64,000 nt of DNA, from the NCBI RefSeq assembly GCF_000143415.4, contig NW_003314312.1, positions 1,377,713 to 1,441,712 on the forward strand, given 5' to 3'. Below the pieces are notes generated by a model. It was not told where the DNA came from. It ran no database searches and was given only the letters and a program-made list of their open reading frames with translations. The position numbers were made by a program, and so were the translations under genes. This DNA is from Selaginella moellendorffii. Lineage: Eukaryota; Plantae; Lycopodiophyta. This document shows positions 63,101 through 64,000 of this stretch, in pieces. Every line of letters begins with the position of its first letter. Position 1 is the first letter of the stretch.

Positions 63101-63277
63101 CAAACTAAAGACTTCCTCAAATGTTGCTATTGATACTGCTATGCCACCAATATCAACACTAAACTGGCATACATGACCAGCTAGAAATGGGAAGGTTGTA
63201 TAATATAGGTCTTCCATTTCAAAAGGTGCACAAGAGAAGATCAAGCTAGCAAAGGTGTTGAAATGCACAATCACAAG
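60166..63277 (+). pseudogene. MULE-like transposase B, truncated before the SWIM domain
   Basis: Inverted close copy of 49600-52690; GFMADVASANWLAV (second catalytic D) and KTCEFHW (CxxH). Confidence 0.82.
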
Positions 63278-63299
63278 TGTCGTGGTTAAGGAGGAGCCC

Positions 63300-63974
63300 G
63301 GGTAGGTTTTGAGCTCATGAGCTCACGAGCTGAGCTCATGAGCTGAGCTCACGGCTTCTCAAACACAAGAAAAACATTGGTTCGTCCCGAACCAACATCT
63401 TTCCATTCTTCAAATTTTGATTTAATCTATATTTCCAAGTAAATTCGACTAATAAAATACAAATATAAATATAGATCCGAACACTAAAAGCAATCTAAAA
63501 ACACTTCTCAAGCTCCGCAACTGTAAGGCTTGCCTGGTGGATGTGATGGTCGATCTTAGGATCTTGGTTTAGTTCCTGCATAAAAATGTAATAGATGTGC
63601 TTGCAGGCTAAATATACCTTTCCCCTGTTCTCCCGCTGTGTAAAATCTGGACAGGTACAGGATGGATTTTCGCAGATTTTAACAGTGTAGCTCGTACCCT
63701 TTGATGACTCAGTCACAATAATAAACTCCTTAGCCATAGCACTGATGTAGTTTGTCTTTGTGATTGTGCACTTTAGCTCTTTTGCCAACTTGATCTTCTC
63801 TTGTGCACCTTTCGAAATGGAAGACCTGTATTGTATAGCCTTCCCATTCCTAGCTGGTCGTGTATGCCGGTCTAGTGTTGATATTGGTGGCATAGCAGTA
63901 CTAATAGCAACATTTGAGGAAGTCTTTAGCTTGAAACCTGCTCTCTCCAGACTTTCAATCTCTTCTTTCAAAAG
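63300..63974 (-). mobile_element. MULE-like terminal fragment D (terminus plus SWIM-coding 3' end)
   Basis: GGGTAGGTTTTGAGCTC... terminus; ORF 63495-63971 has intact CTCPDF...CKH; similarity to copy A ends at about 63974. Confidence 0.85.
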
Positions 63975-64000
63975 AGCTATTCGCGTGACCGATGCCTATT

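Noticed and set aside
49157-63320. Termini at 49157 and 63300 as the TIR pair of one element
   Set aside because: They are in the same orientation, each adjoins a transposase 3' end, and no TSD is shared.

Overview
Eukaryotic plant DNA. The very short introns (47-60 bp) and microbial-type terpene synthases suggest a non-seed plant such as Selaginella, but that is inference. Three layers are visible. (1) A candidate specialised-metabolism cluster: CYP71-clan P450s of two types, microbial terpene synthase-like (MTPSL) genes, an intronless secreted fungal-type FAD oxidoreductase and a divergently transcribed Tic32-like SDR. It is present as a first block (9-21 kb) and a rearranged, largely pseudogenised duplicate (25.5-46 kb). 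(2) Conventional TEs: a near-complete Ty3/gypsy element with LTRs and TSD, a copia element, two eroded gypsy relics, and a young hAT element with TIR and 8-bp TSD. (3) An unusual Mutator-like (MULE) family whose GCM/WRKY-like Zn-finger + DDE + SWIM transposase is linked three times to a beta-class DNA amino-methyltransferase (N6A/N4C-type) homologue. In two of those copies the methyltransferase follows a ParB/Srx-like domain. The family has GAGCTC-rich termini and a six-unit hairpin array. All copies of this family in the window are damaged. All coordinates and translations outside the ORF track were read by eye.
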